64,000 bases of DNA from a virus. Taxonomy: Duplodnaviria > Heunggongvirae > Uroviricota > Caudoviricetes. The notes under the pieces were generated by a model. It saw only the letters and a list, made by a program, of their open reading frames with translations, ran no database searches and was not told the DNA's origin. Location of the stretch: the IMG/VR virus record IMGVR_UViG_3300031994_002305, positions 229,073 through 293,072 of that record. One strand, written 5' to 3'. The position numbers and the translations under genes were made by a program. Below, one piece after another: positions 1 through 9,358 of this stretch. How positions within the stretch are numbered: position 1 is the first letter of the stretch; the number at the start of each line of letters is the position of its first letter.

Positions 1-75
1 AATGAAAAGGATCGTGAAGATGAAATGACAGGTAGAATAGTTAAACACCAAGAATCTGGTATGTTTGATGAATAA
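1..75 (+). CDS. 3' end of a gene starting upstream of the window (...NEKDREDEMTGRIVKHQESGMFDE*)
   Basis: Open frame from base 1 to TAA at 73-75, followed by a terminator. Confidence 0.6.
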   Translation, partial: NEKDREDEMTGRIVKHQESGMFDE

Positions 76-97
76 ACATTTAAATTTAAATTTAACT

Positions 98-127
98 AAG
101 GAGATTGTAACTATCAATCTCCTTTTT
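98..127 (+). terminator. Intrinsic terminator
   Basis: aaggagattg-taactat-caatctcctt stem-loop followed by a T run. Confidence 0.8.
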
Positions 128-182
128 CTATATATTGATATATAATTAGATTTATTTTTAATAAACATATTTCATAAACATA

Positions 183-461
183 ATGAAAGACATTAAAACA
201 AAAATTAATGAAGGATGGGAATTTACATCTCATTTAAGCGATACAATGGGAGAAGAATTAAATATACCAAAGAGTGCTAAATGGTTATTAATTAACACCG
301 AAGGCGAAATGATATCTGCTGTAACTGCAAAAGATTTAAATTCATTTATTGATGATTTTGATGCTGACCCAGAAGATATAGCAAAAATAAAGAAACTTAA
401 AATTGGCGAATCTTATGATGCTGATGGCGGTATAAATATATATATTAGAATTAAAAAGTAA
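183..461 (+). CDS. Putative internal head protein with capsid-targeting leader (MKDIKTKINE/G); paralog of 2672..2977
   Basis: 10-aa leader; C-terminal LKIGES resembles IKIGET of 2672..2977. Confidence 0.7.
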   Translation: MKDIKTKINEGWEFTSHLSDTMGEELNIPKSAKWLLINTEGEMISAVTAKDLNSFIDDFDADPEDIAKIKKLKIGESYDADGGINIYIRIKK

Positions 462-488
462 TAAAGATTAACTAAAAATACATAAGAT

Positions 489-701
489 ATGCTAGATAAT
501 ATTAATAGATCAAATTTAGAAAAATGCCACGTTGTTTGTGTTAACGAATTAAAAACAAATCATCTTACGTTTAATAAAGGGGAAGAATGGTATGCTACAA
601 AAGTTAATGATAATTGGTGGATTATAGATGCTATTGGTATTGCAGAAAAAACATTTAAACATTGTTTTAAAAAGAATCCTAGAAATTATGAAAAAAATTA
701 A
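489..701 (+). CDS. Hypothetical protein, no leader
   Basis: 70-aa ORF in operon context. Confidence 0.6.
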   Translation: MLDNINRSNLEKCHVVCVNELKTNHLTFNKGEEWYATKVNDNWWIIDAIGIAEKTFKHCFKKNPRNYEKN

Positions 702-921
702 TGATAAAATAAATGAAGAATTAATAATATCTAAATCTTTTATATTAAATATGCAAGAAATAGATTATGATAAATTAATTAAATTCTTGTAAGATATGAA
801 AGAAAAAGATGAAAAGTTTATTCAAATAGATGTTAAATCATCTCCTCGCGAATGGTGTGGTTATTCGAAGAATGGAGAATCTAATGCTAAGAAATATAAT
901 AAAACAATTTTAAGTAAATGA
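688..921 (+). pseudogene. Leader-bearing gene (MKKINDKINE/E) interrupted by an in-frame TAA at 790-792
   Basis: My translation: MKKINDKINEELIISKSFILNMQEIDYDKLIKFL*DMKEKDEKFIQIDVKSSPREWCGYSKNGESNAKKYNKTILSK*; the terminal TGA overlaps the next ATG. Confidence 0.65.
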
Positions 922-1277
922 AACATATAAAAGAATATATAATAGAATCAAACAATAAGTGGTCTGGTGAAAAATATATTAAGAAAGATGAACTTATTAA
1001 GTTTTGTTTACAAGCATTAAAAAATTCAAAAACTTTCCCATCAGATATACAGGATGAAATTGGTCAATATAAAGACCCTGATGATTTAAATCGTGCTCGA
1101 GATAATGATGAATTAACAAATTATAGTAAATTTGAAAATGAATTAGCTAATTTACTTGCTGATGATACTAAATATTCAGGATTTGAAGGCGATATATGCG
1201 ATAACGTATTTGATTCTGCATATGACTTAATGGAAGAATTATATAAAATTGCATCAAAAAAAAATCATTATAATTAA
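918..1277 (+). CDS. Putative internal head protein (MKHIKEYIIE/S)
   Basis: Leader motif; acidic 119-aa ORF. Confidence 0.7.
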   Translation: MKHIKEYIIESNNKWSGEKYIKKDELIKFCLQALKNSKTFPSDIQDEIGQYKDPDDLNRARDNDELTNYSKFENELANLLADDTKYSGFEGDICDNVFDSAYDLMEELYKIASKKNHYN

Positions 1278-1278
1278 T

Positions 1279-1656
1279 ATGAAATCTATTACAGAATATA
1301 TAACAGAAGGAAGTCAAGATCAAGCTTTATTTAATGCTTGTATGGAAATGAATAATAATCAATCCATTTATAAACAACACTATTGGCCTTTAGCACAAAG
1401 AATTGTAAAAGTACATAAAAAAGGAGAATTCGATATACAAACATTAGAAAACTCTTCATCAGTTGATAAAATTTGTGCTGCATGCATTAAGTCTGCCAAA
1501 GTTACAGTTAGTTCTGATAATCGTAAAAAACTTCGCAAATTAGTTACTGCATCTCTTATTCAAACAATGAGTAATGAAGGTGAAGAATTAACTAAAGAGG
1601 AAGAAGATTATATGATTGAATGGGACTATAATGATACAAAAGTATTGAATTGGTAA
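1279..1656 (+). CDS. Putative internal head protein (MKSITEYITE/G); start corrected from 1249
   Basis: In-frame ATG at 1279, just after the previous stop, gives the leader motif. Confidence 0.7.
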   Translation: MKSITEYITEGSQDQALFNACMEMNNNQSIYKQHYWPLAQRIVKVHKKGEFDIQTLENSSSVDKICAACIKSAKVTVSSDNRKKLRKLVTASLIQTMSNEGEELTKEEEDYMIEWDYNDTKVLNW

Positions 1657-1657
1657 T

Positions 1658-2179
1658 ATGAAATCAATTACAAGATATATAATTGAAGCTGTTGAAGCAT
1701 ATAGATTAAATAGTGTTGAAGCAACTTTTAATGTACAACCGGAAGAAATAATTTTACAGGCACCAGAAACTTTCCAAGAAACAGATATTCAACAATATAT
1801 GGATGATATGTGGTTGAATCAACTTCCATCGGGCCAAGATTATTCAGAAAAATTCTTTGGTAAGAATAATGACAATATTATAGATGCTCATTTTGAATAT
1901 GATACATTTGAACATATTGATGTTGAACCAAAAGAATTTATTGAATGGGATGCTAAATTTGATGTTAAGAAAACAAAAGATGATGTCAAACTTGATTATT
2001 TTAAGATTAAAAACTTAAAGTACATAATTGAGTTTGACCGTTTTGATATGGTAGGAGTTAATGACGATACTGTAGAAGAAAAATTAATTGATGTTTTCAA
2101 AGCAGCAGATTCATCAAAAGAAAACGAATATCCTATTGAAATAGTATTTGATGAAGATTCATTAGAATTTAGAAAATAA
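1658..2179 (+). CDS. Putative internal head protein (MKSITRYIIE/A)
   Basis: Leader motif; acidic 173-aa ORF. Confidence 0.7.
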   Translation: MKSITRYIIEAVEAYRLNSVEATFNVQPEEIILQAPETFQETDIQQYMDDMWLNQLPSGQDYSEKFFGKNNDNIIDAHFEYDTFEHIDVEPKEFIEWDAKFDVKKTKDDVKLDYFKIKNLKYIIEFDRFDMVGVNDDTVEEKLIDVFKAADSSKENEYPIEIVFDEDSLEFRK

Positions 2180-2194
2180 TAAAAATACAAATAT

Positions 2195-2261
2195 AAACTT
2201 AAAATTGGTGAATCTTATGATGCTGATGACAGTATAAATATATATTAGAATTAAAAAATAA
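2195..2261 (+). repeat. Degenerate copy of the 3' end of gene 183..461 (bases 393..461)
   Basis: aaacttaaaattggYgaatcttatgatgctgatg..gtataaatatatattagaattaaaaa.taa occurs in both places; about 4 substitutions and a 2-bp TA deletion. Confidence 0.9.
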
Positions 2262-2272
2262 TATTCATAGAT

Positions 2273-2320
2273 ATGAAAGACATTGTAAAATTCATAAACG
2301 AATCAGCTGGGGTAAAATAG
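2273..2320 (+). CDS. Leader-only mini-ORF MKDIVKFINESAGVK*
   Basis: Exact leader consensus, then TAG after 15 codons. Confidence 0.5.
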   Translation: MKDIVKFINESAGVK

Positions 2321-2322
2321 TA

Positions 2323-2559
2323 ATGGATCTATGGAATTATGCTATAATTCTTCAATCATTAGAAGCATATACAAAAAATAATGAGGCACAAAAAGAGCAA
2401 GTTAATTCAACTATTGAATATCTAGGGGATGTCAAAAATAAAAAATGGGTAGGTAGAAGAAAAATTGATCAAGAATTTAGACTATCATCAGATCAATTAT
2501 CTATAATTTCTCAGGCGTTAGAAGCTTATGTTGATAATGATGATCGTAAAAACAACTAA
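2323..2559 (+). CDS. Hypothetical protein with internal repeat (IILQSLEAY / IISQALEAY), no leader
   Basis: 78-aa ORF starting 2 nt after the mini-ORF. Confidence 0.6.
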   Translation: MDLWNYAIILQSLEAYTKNNEAQKEQVNSTIEYLGDVKNKKWVGRRKIDQEFRLSSDQLSIISQALEAYVDNDDRKNN

Positions 2560-2671
2560 AGAAATGGTAAACCAACTGATGATGGATTAAATCAAGTCAT
2601 AAAGTGGTTTAATGGTTTTGTCAAATAAACAAGTTTAAAAATATTCTATTAAATATAAAATCAATAATAAA

Positions 2672-2977
2672 ATGAAAAATATAATAAATAAAATTAATGA
2701 AGGTAAATATTGCCGTCTTTTTTCTGAAGTTCAAAATGATCAAACAAAAGTTGGCGAATATCATACATACAGTTATATTGATGGTGAAAAGAAATATAAG
2801 AAAGGTTTTTTATATTTTAATCAAGATCAAGAATTTTTTGGAATTGAATCATTCAATAATGCAGACGAATTTGCAGATATGCTTGGCGTAGAAGTTAAAG
2901 AATATAAACAATTAGATTCAATTAAAATTGGTGAAACTGTTGAAATTGAACAATCAAAAATAATGCGTATATGGTAA
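2672..2977 (+). CDS. Putative internal head protein (MKNIINKINE/G); paralog of 183..461
   Basis: Leader motif plus shared C-terminal motif. Confidence 0.7.
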   Translation: MKNIINKINEGKYCRLFSEVQNDQTKVGEYHTYSYIDGEKKYKKGFLYFNQDQEFFGIESFNNADEFADMLGVEVKEYKQLDSIKIGETVEIEQSKIMRIW

Positions 2978-2978
2978 T

Positions 2979-3326
2979 ATGAAAGCCATTATTCAATATA
3001 TTAATGAATCAAAATACTTTAAATTAGAAGATGATGAACGTAGAGCGTTATCTGATTTTATTGGTGTTGTTTGTGGTAATTTAGGAGAACAAGAAGATCA
3101 AGAAGAATTAAAAGCAGTCATTGATCCATTAGAAGATAAAGAAATATTACAATTAAGAGAACTTCATGATGTTCTTGATGATGATCAAACATATAAATCA
3201 ATTAATCGTAATAATATCATTGATGATATTCCATTAATTAAAAAAATATACAAGTTATTAATAGATAACGATTTATTAGATGAACAATGGGATCTTATGG
3301 ATGCATTAGAAAAAATATGTTTATAA
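2979..3326 (+). CDS. Putative internal head protein (MKAIIQYINE/S)
   Basis: Leader motif. Confidence 0.7.
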   Translation: MKAIIQYINESKYFKLEDDERRALSDFIGVVCGNLGEQEDQEELKAVIDPLEDKEILQLRELHDVLDDDQTYKSINRNNIIDDIPLIKKIYKLLIDNDLLDEQWDLMDALEKICL

Positions 3327-3329
3327 ATA

Positions 3330-3716
3330 ATGAAAGACATAATAACTAAAATTAATGAAGGTATAAATACATCATTTATTATTAAAAAAATTGAATCTGA
3401 ATTTGAAAATGAATTTGGAAATGATGTTACATTAGGTAAAGGACGTGTAAATAATCAAATGATGTATGATGTTTATGTATATACTACTTCAATAGATATA
3501 TTAAAGAAGGTTAATGAAATTCTTAAGAAATATCTTGCACCAAAATTTGAAGGATTTACCGATGATGAATTAAACAAGAAGATCAATGATAAAGAAGAAT
3601 TCTTAAAAGAACATAATAAAACAATAAAAGATTTTCCAATTGAATTTGGAAGATTTGATTCAAAAGGACTTAAGAACTTAAATAATAAAAATTATAAATA
3701 TAAAATAGTTTATTAA
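3330..3716 (+). CDS. Putative internal head protein (MKDIITKINE/G)
   Basis: Leader motif. Confidence 0.7.
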   Translation: MKDIITKINEGINTSFIIKKIESEFENEFGNDVTLGKGRVNNQMMYDVYVYTTSIDILKKVNEILKKYLAPKFEGFTDDELNKKINDKEEFLKEHNKTIKDFPIEFGRFDSKGLKNLNNKNYKYKIVY

Positions 3717-4603
3717 TGAAACATATTAATGACTACATATTTGAATCAAGAGAAGTTGAAACATTATCCAATAAAGAACGTAAAAAGGAATTAGAAAAAT
3801 GGCTCAAGCATAAAAAATATGATGATTATGTTGAGACATTAAATAAAATGCTTGAAGATCCTAAAGCAAAAACTTTATTAGAAGATGGATTTGGTGGAGA
3901 ACTTGGAGATACAAAATTAACATTTTCTGTTAAAAAAATACCAGTATCTCAATTAATGCCAACACAAAAAGAAATTGATTTAGATAAGTCATTAAAACAT
4001 GCATTAACAAATAGAAAATCATTTGGCTTAACATTTTTAGATCCAATTGAAATCAATAAGCCAATAGTTACATTTAGACAAAATTATGTTATAGATGGTC
4101 ATCATACATGGTTACAAGCAATTACATTAAATCCTAATGGTAAAATATTGGCATTTAATTATGATGGTGATATAAGTCCAATTCAAATGCTTAAAGCAGT
4201 TCAGGGAACTATTGCAGCAGTTAAAGCAGAAGATAATAACAATAATGGTAAATTACCTTCAAATAAAGTTAATGGGCCAAATTTCTTTGGTGATTCATTT
4301 GGTAGAAAAGAGATTCGTAAATATTTAGAAGATACATTTGATAATTCATTAATAGATATTTATTGTGAATATATAAATGAATGTAGAGATAGAAAAGATA
4401 TTATGAAATATCTTGAAGAACGTCTTTTAGATATTAAAGCAAATAACTATCCTCTTGAATCTGCCCCATCTCGAGATGATATGCCGCAAGTATTTAAGGG
4501 AGGTACAGATAAAAACGATAAAAAATCTGCATATCCTGACAAAGAAGGTTCAGCAATGAATAAACTTAAAGATAATAAATTTATTAAATCTGTTACAAAA
4601 TAG
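3716..4603 (+). CDS. Leader-tagged ParB/Srx-like domain protein (MKHINDYIFE/S)
   Basis: LMPTQKEI...PIVT...YVIDGHHTW is typical of ParB-like domains. Confidence 0.65.
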   Translation: MKHINDYIFESREVETLSNKERKKELEKWLKHKKYDDYVETLNKMLEDPKAKTLLEDGFGGELGDTKLTFSVKKIPVSQLMPTQKEIDLDKSLKHALTNRKSFGLTFLDPIEINKPIVTFRQNYVIDGHHTWLQAITLNPNGKILAFNYDGDISPIQMLKAVQGTIAAVKAEDNNNNGKLPSNKVNGPNFFGDSFGRKEIRKYLEDTFDNSLIDIYCEYINECRDRKDIMKYLEERLLDIKANNYPLESAPSRDDMPQVFKGGTDKNDKKSAYPDKEGSAMNKLKDNKFIKSVTK

Positions 4604-4604
4604 T

Positions 4605-5165
4605 ATGAAAGACATAACGTTATTTATAAATGAAGCAAAACAAGCTACACCATCTATAAATTTCGATGAATTTAAAGATGAAATTGAAAATCTAAATGAA
4701 AAATTCAAAGATTACAATTTTGGTGTATTTGATGATGATGGTAAACATTTATATGTTCATCCAAAAAATTCAAAAAAATGGTATAGCACAGTGCCCGATA
4801 AGTTTAGATTAGATCAATGGACAATTGAAGATATAGTTAAAGTTGCACCTAAATTATGTGAAGCTCTTTATGTGGCAGTTAAAACTTTTGAACTCCCAAA
4901 TCATCAATCAAGAATTAATGGCATAATTAAACATTATGCTCGTCCTGTTTTAACACATCAAGGTATGTTCTTCAATTCAGAAAAAGAATGTAAGCAATTT
5001 ATTAAAGCTGTCAAAAATGAATTAAGACCTGATAATGGGGAAGTTAAAAAATATAAATTAACTCCTATGACAGTTAAAGCATTTGTAGATTTTCTTGATG
5101 CCGAAACTCACAAAGGTTCATACTATAGCTATGAACATCAAGATGCACAATTTGCAAAAATATGA
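4605..5165 (+). CDS. Putative internal head protein (MKDITLFINE/A)
   Basis: Leader motif. Confidence 0.7.
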   Translation: MKDITLFINEAKQATPSINFDEFKDEIENLNEKFKDYNFGVFDDDGKHLYVHPKNSKKWYSTVPDKFRLDQWTIEDIVKVAPKLCEALYVAVKTFELPNHQSRINGIIKHYARPVLTHQGMFFNSEKECKQFIKAVKNELRPDNGEVKKYKLTPMTVKAFVDFLDAETHKGSYYSYEHQDAQFAKI

Positions 5166-5177
5166 AGGTTAATGAGT

Positions 5178-5717
5178 ATGAAAGATATTAAAACATATAT
5201 TTATGAAACAAAGAAACCAGCACCTAAAAAAGAATACCCTATGAAAAAGAAAGAAACTTATGGAGAGTTAGGTGAAAAATGGTTTGATAAATGTAGAAAT
5301 TTTGCTACAGCAGGAAGCACACAATGGACTAAATATGGAATTAACGATTTTAAAGGATTCTTAGAAGATATGGAAAAGGAATTTGATCCACCTAAAGATA
5401 GTACAATTGCCACAAATCGTTGGGAAATGTGTAAAGCACTTAAGGATGGAAATTTGAAAGAATTTGTCAAAATCGCTGAAGATAAACATATTGATAAGTT
5501 TACTTATGGTGCATTTATGTCTGAACGTGTGTATGGTTCATATTTCTTAGATACATATATGCTTCTTAGAACTTATGAATATGTTCTTGATGGCAATTTA
5601 ATTATTCGTAATGGTATATTAAATGCAATTTGGAGAATTGATGATACTGATAATTGGTATGATAAATTTATTCCTGAAATACATAAATTAGAAAAACAAG
5701 TTCCTGGACATAAATAA
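5178..5717 (+). CDS. Putative internal head protein (MKDIKTYIYE/T); start at second ATG
   Basis: Leader motif begins at ATG 5178. Confidence 0.7.
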   Translation: MKDIKTYIYETKKPAPKKEYPMKKKETYGELGEKWFDKCRNFATAGSTQWTKYGINDFKGFLEDMEKEFDPPKDSTIATNRWEMCKALKDGNLKEFVKIAEDKHIDKFTYGAFMSERVYGSYFLDTYMLLRTYEYVLDGNLIIRNGILNAIWRIDDTDNWYDKFIPEIHKLEKQVPGHK

Positions 5718-5747
5718 TTATTAATACGAAAATTATAAATAAAATAC

Positions 5748-5794
5748 ATAGACAATACTTAGAAATTACTACTAAGTATTGTCTATTTTTTTTT
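5748..5794 (+). terminator. Intrinsic terminator closing the leader-gene operon
   Basis: 15-bp perfect stem atagacaatacttag/ctaagtattgtctat followed by a T run. Confidence 0.85.
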
Positions 5795-5816
5795 ATAAAT
5801 TTTATAGACTTATATT

Positions 5817-6266
5817 ATGAATAATGAAAATGGGTGGCACCAAGTCAAAGTGCCTTTCTTTTTAGAAGTAGAATTTCATGATGAATATAATTCAGAAACA
5901 GAAAGTAAAATAATGAGAAGTATTTTATTTAATGATGATATTCTTCCAGGATTACGTGTAAATAAAATGTTTGCTAATTGTGTAGATAAAGATATATTAG
6001 TTGCAGATGAAATTCAAAATGACTTAAATCATTTGAAAGAAGAATTTGAAAAAATTGTAAACAAATATCAGACATTTAGTAGAGATCGTACTATAGATAA
6101 TTGTATGAATAAATTAGATATGAAACCTGAAGATTTTTCTGATTTAGAAAAAGATCATGCGACTGAAATAAAAGAATTAACGAAAGATAATAAAAAACCA
6201 ATTATAGATAGTAATACTGGACGATATAAATCATATGACGACATATCAAATATGCCTACTTTATAA
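5817..6266 (+). CDS. Hypothetical protein
   Basis: 149-aa ORF. Confidence 0.6.
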   Translation: MNNENGWHQVKVPFFLEVEFHDEYNSETESKIMRSILFNDDILPGLRVNKMFANCVDKDILVADEIQNDLNHLKEEFEKIVNKYQTFSRDRTIDNCMNKLDMKPEDFSDLEKDHATEIKELTKDNKKPIIDSNTGRYKSYDDISNMPTL

Positions 6267-6268
6267 TT

Positions 6269-7786
6269 ATGAATAGAAATAAGTGTGTAATAGTTGTACC
6301 AATATATAAAGAAAAATTTGATTTTGATGAATATCATTCAATAAAGCAATTATTTAAAATATTGCCTACAGATAAATATGATATAATTGCATTTGGTCCA
6401 GAATCTTTAAATAGAAAATATTATTTTGAAAATTTTGATTTTAAAGATCATTATTATTTTTGGGATTCATATTTTAATGAATATCCAAAAGGTTATAATT
6501 CATTAATGTTAAAATCTGGTTTTTATAGTTGTTTTGAACAATACGAATATATGTTAATATATCAACCAGATTGCTGGGTATTTAGAGATGAACTTGAATA
6601 TTGGTGTGACAAAGGATATGATTATATTGGGGCTCCATTTTTTTATAACACTCAAAATAAAAATTATTTATCTCATCCAGAAAATGAAATTGGAAATGGT
6701 GGTTTTTCATTAAGGAAAATTAATTACTGGATTAATTTTTGTAATGATTATGAAAAAGAATGTAATCATATTGCGAACTTAAGTTCTAATATGTTTGGTG
6801 AGGATCACATATTCACATATATGTTTCAATATGGAATTAAATTAAACATTAATTTACCAAATTTTATAGAAGCCAATAAATTTTCATGGGAGATTCAACC
6901 ACAAATATCATATACTATCAATGGTGGTAAATTACCATTTGGTTGTCATGCATATAATAAAATAATGGATAAATCATTTTGGGATGATTTTATATGTTAT
7001 CATAAAAAATCATATAGTGTAGTTACATATTTATTTGGTGATTATGATATATTAAGAGATCCTGATGAAATTGATGAAAATGCAGAATATATATGTTTAA
7101 CAGATAGAGATGACTTAGAATCTGATATTTGGGAATTTAAAAAACTTGATTTTCCAAATTTAGAAAAATATAATAGTTGGCAAAAAACACTTATTGCTAG
7201 ATATACTGCATTAAATTATATTAACACAGATACTTGTATTAAAATAGATGCATCAGTACATATTAAAAAATCATTATCAAAACTTATATACAAATTTAAA
7301 GCAATAAAAGAACAGCAATTTGGAATATTGATTCACCCGTGGCGAGATGATTATTTAGAAGAATATGATGAATGGATTAATACTAGAAATTTAGATCCAC
7401 TTCAAAAAGAACAATTTATTAAATATTGTAAAGATCATAATTATGACATTAATAAAAAAGGTATGATTATGACAACAATTATGTTATATAAAAATGACGA
7501 ATATTCAAAAAATTGTGATAACTATATTTTAAATGAATTAATAAATAATTATGATTTTAATATTAGAGTTGATCAAACATATTTTAGCATAATATTTATT
7601 AATAACTTTTTAACAAATGATAAATGTTATGTATATTTAAGTATGCAAGTTCTTGATTCTGATTATTTTGAATATTTTTATCATGGTCAAAACTATACTC
7701 ATAGTGGAGAATATAAATATGATTTATCAAAATTTGATTACGGGAATTTATATGGAATTGAATTCCAATTACATTATTTAACATGA
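6269..7786 (+). CDS. DUF5672-like plus DUF616-like two-domain putative glycosyltransferase
   Basis: N-term VIVVPIYK...YEYMLIYQPDCWVF...YDYIGAP...GNGGFSLRK...PFGCH; C-term YSVVTYLFGDYDIL...YICLTD...IKIDAS. Confidence 0.7.
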   Translation: MNRNKCVIVVPIYKEKFDFDEYHSIKQLFKILPTDKYDIIAFGPESLNRKYYFENFDFKDHYYFWDSYFNEYPKGYNSLMLKSGFYSCFEQYEYMLIYQPDCWVFRDELEYWCDKGYDYIGAPFFYNTQNKNYLSHPENEIGNGGFSLRKINYWINFCNDYEKECNHIANLSSNMFGEDHIFTYMFQYGIKLNINLPNFIEANKFSWEIQPQISYTINGGKLPFGCHAYNKIMDKSFWDDFICYHKKSYSVVTYLFGDYDILRDPDEIDENAEYICLTDRDDLESDIWEFKKLDFPNLEKYNSWQKTLIARYTALNYINTDTCIKIDASVHIKKSLSKLIYKFKAIKEQQFGILIHPWRDDYLEEYDEWINTRNLDPLQKEQFIKYCKDHNYDINKKGMIMTTIMLYKNDEYSKNCDNYILNELINNYDFNIRVDQTYFSIIFINNFLTNDKCYVYLSMQVLDSDYFEYFYHGQNYTHSGEYKYDLSKFDYGNLYGIEFQLHYLT

Positions 7787-8572
7787 TACCTGGATTTGTA
7801 ACGGCTTTTAGAGATAAAGAACATTTTGTACATTTATATTTTTTTAAAGGATTGGGAGATGATAATCTTCCAATCTATAATGATATTGACTTATCAAACA
7901 TAAAATTTAAATATGATGTACAAATAAATATTGATGGTTCTAAAGATTGTAAATTTTATGATAAAAATATTATAAAATTACATTGTAAGTTAATAACAAG
8001 AAATGAAGAAGAATTTAACCAAACTTTGAATATATAAAAATGGAAACTAAAGGTAATTGCATAGATAAGTTTATTCATAATAGATTAGATAAAAGAATTA
8101 TAGAATTGTTAAAAATAAGATCAAATATTAGACATAGGATTGGTAATAGAGAACAATTAATAGATTATTTTAGTTCTGGGTGTTATGAAAATGATTTTAG
8201 TGATATAATAGAATTAAGAAATATTGCATCTGAATTAACAAAAAATTGCAATACATTTTTAGAACGTATATCTGAACAATATAGTAAATTTAACTAACAC
8301 ATTTATTTAATATTATTTAAAGTTTAACTATATAATATTTGTAAATATTAATACATATGACAGTAAATGAATTAATTAATGCATTAAAAAAGTTTCCTAA
8401 AGATAAAGAAGTATTTATTTGGAATCTTAGAAGTATGCAGCATTCAACAATAGATAAATGTAGACAATTTACTGAAAAAGATATTAACCATTATCTTATG
8501 GTAGAAGATGACGAATATCGAGATGATGTAAATAAAATTTTAAACAATATTATTCTAGACATAGAGTCGTAA
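7783..8572 (+). other. Three small hypothetical CDS (7783..8037, 8040..8297, 8357..8572)
   Basis: Tightly packed ORFs; promoter-like ctatataatatttg at 8328. Confidence 0.55.
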
Positions 8573-8581
8573 TACAAATTT

Positions 8582-9355
8582 ATGAAGACATTAGTTTGCT
8601 TTATATCACATATTATTAATGCGGATTTGATAAATCGATTTTTTGATATAAAGAATGCAGTAGAAGGTAAATATGACATTATATATGTATCTCCTAATGT
8701 ATATATTAAAGATGATAATTTAAATCAATATATTGTCAATTTAGATATAAAAGAAAATTTTTTTGATCAAAAAAATCAAAATGTTACAAAAAATAATCTA
8801 GCTATGTTAGAAATATATAATAGATATCCAGAATATGATAATTATTGGTTTATAGAAAACGATGTCGCTATATTCAATGATAATATTTGTGATGGATGGA
8901 AAAATATATTTAGATTTTATGACAATAATAAATCTGATTTAATATGTTCAAAAATTCATAAATATACTGAAATATCAGGATATACTAAACGTTATCCTAT
9001 TGAAAATTTACAAAATTATAACATACATATCCCATATAATGAATTATTGTTCGGGTTCTTAACAATATGTAGATTATCTAATAAACTTCTAAAACAAGTT
9101 AAGAAATATTATGATGAATATGATGGATTTTTTGAATATATTATACCTTCAATTGCAAAAAAATTAGGAATGCAAATATCGTCATTTACAGAAGATGGAT
9201 TTGATATTGAAGATACATCAAATCATGATGATCCAAATGGAATAAATATTGGTTCAAATACTTGGAATGAAACATATTTACTTAGCAAATTAGATTCATA
9301 CCCAAAGAATAAAAACATTATTATTCACCCAATTAAACTTAATAAGTGTAATTAA
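8582..9355 (+). CDS. Putative GT-A-fold glycosyltransferase-like protein (DUF3405-like)
   Basis: YPEYDNYWFIENDV motif and location in the glycan island. Confidence 0.45.
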   Translation: MKTLVCFISHIINADLINRFFDIKNAVEGKYDIIYVSPNVYIKDDNLNQYIVNLDIKENFFDQKNQNVTKNNLAMLEIYNRYPEYDNYWFIENDVAIFNDNICDGWKNIFRFYDNNKSDLICSKIHKYTEISGYTKRYPIENLQNYNIHIPYNELLFGFLTICRLSNKLLKQVKKYYDEYDGFFEYIIPSIAKKLGMQISSFTEDGFDIEDTSNHDDPNGINIGSNTWNETYLLSKLDSYPKNKNIIIHPIKLNKCN

Positions 9356-9358
9356 AAT

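Noticed and set aside
128-182. T4 late promoter TATAAATA upstream of the leader operon
   Set aside because: No exact match; only generic AT-rich sequence.
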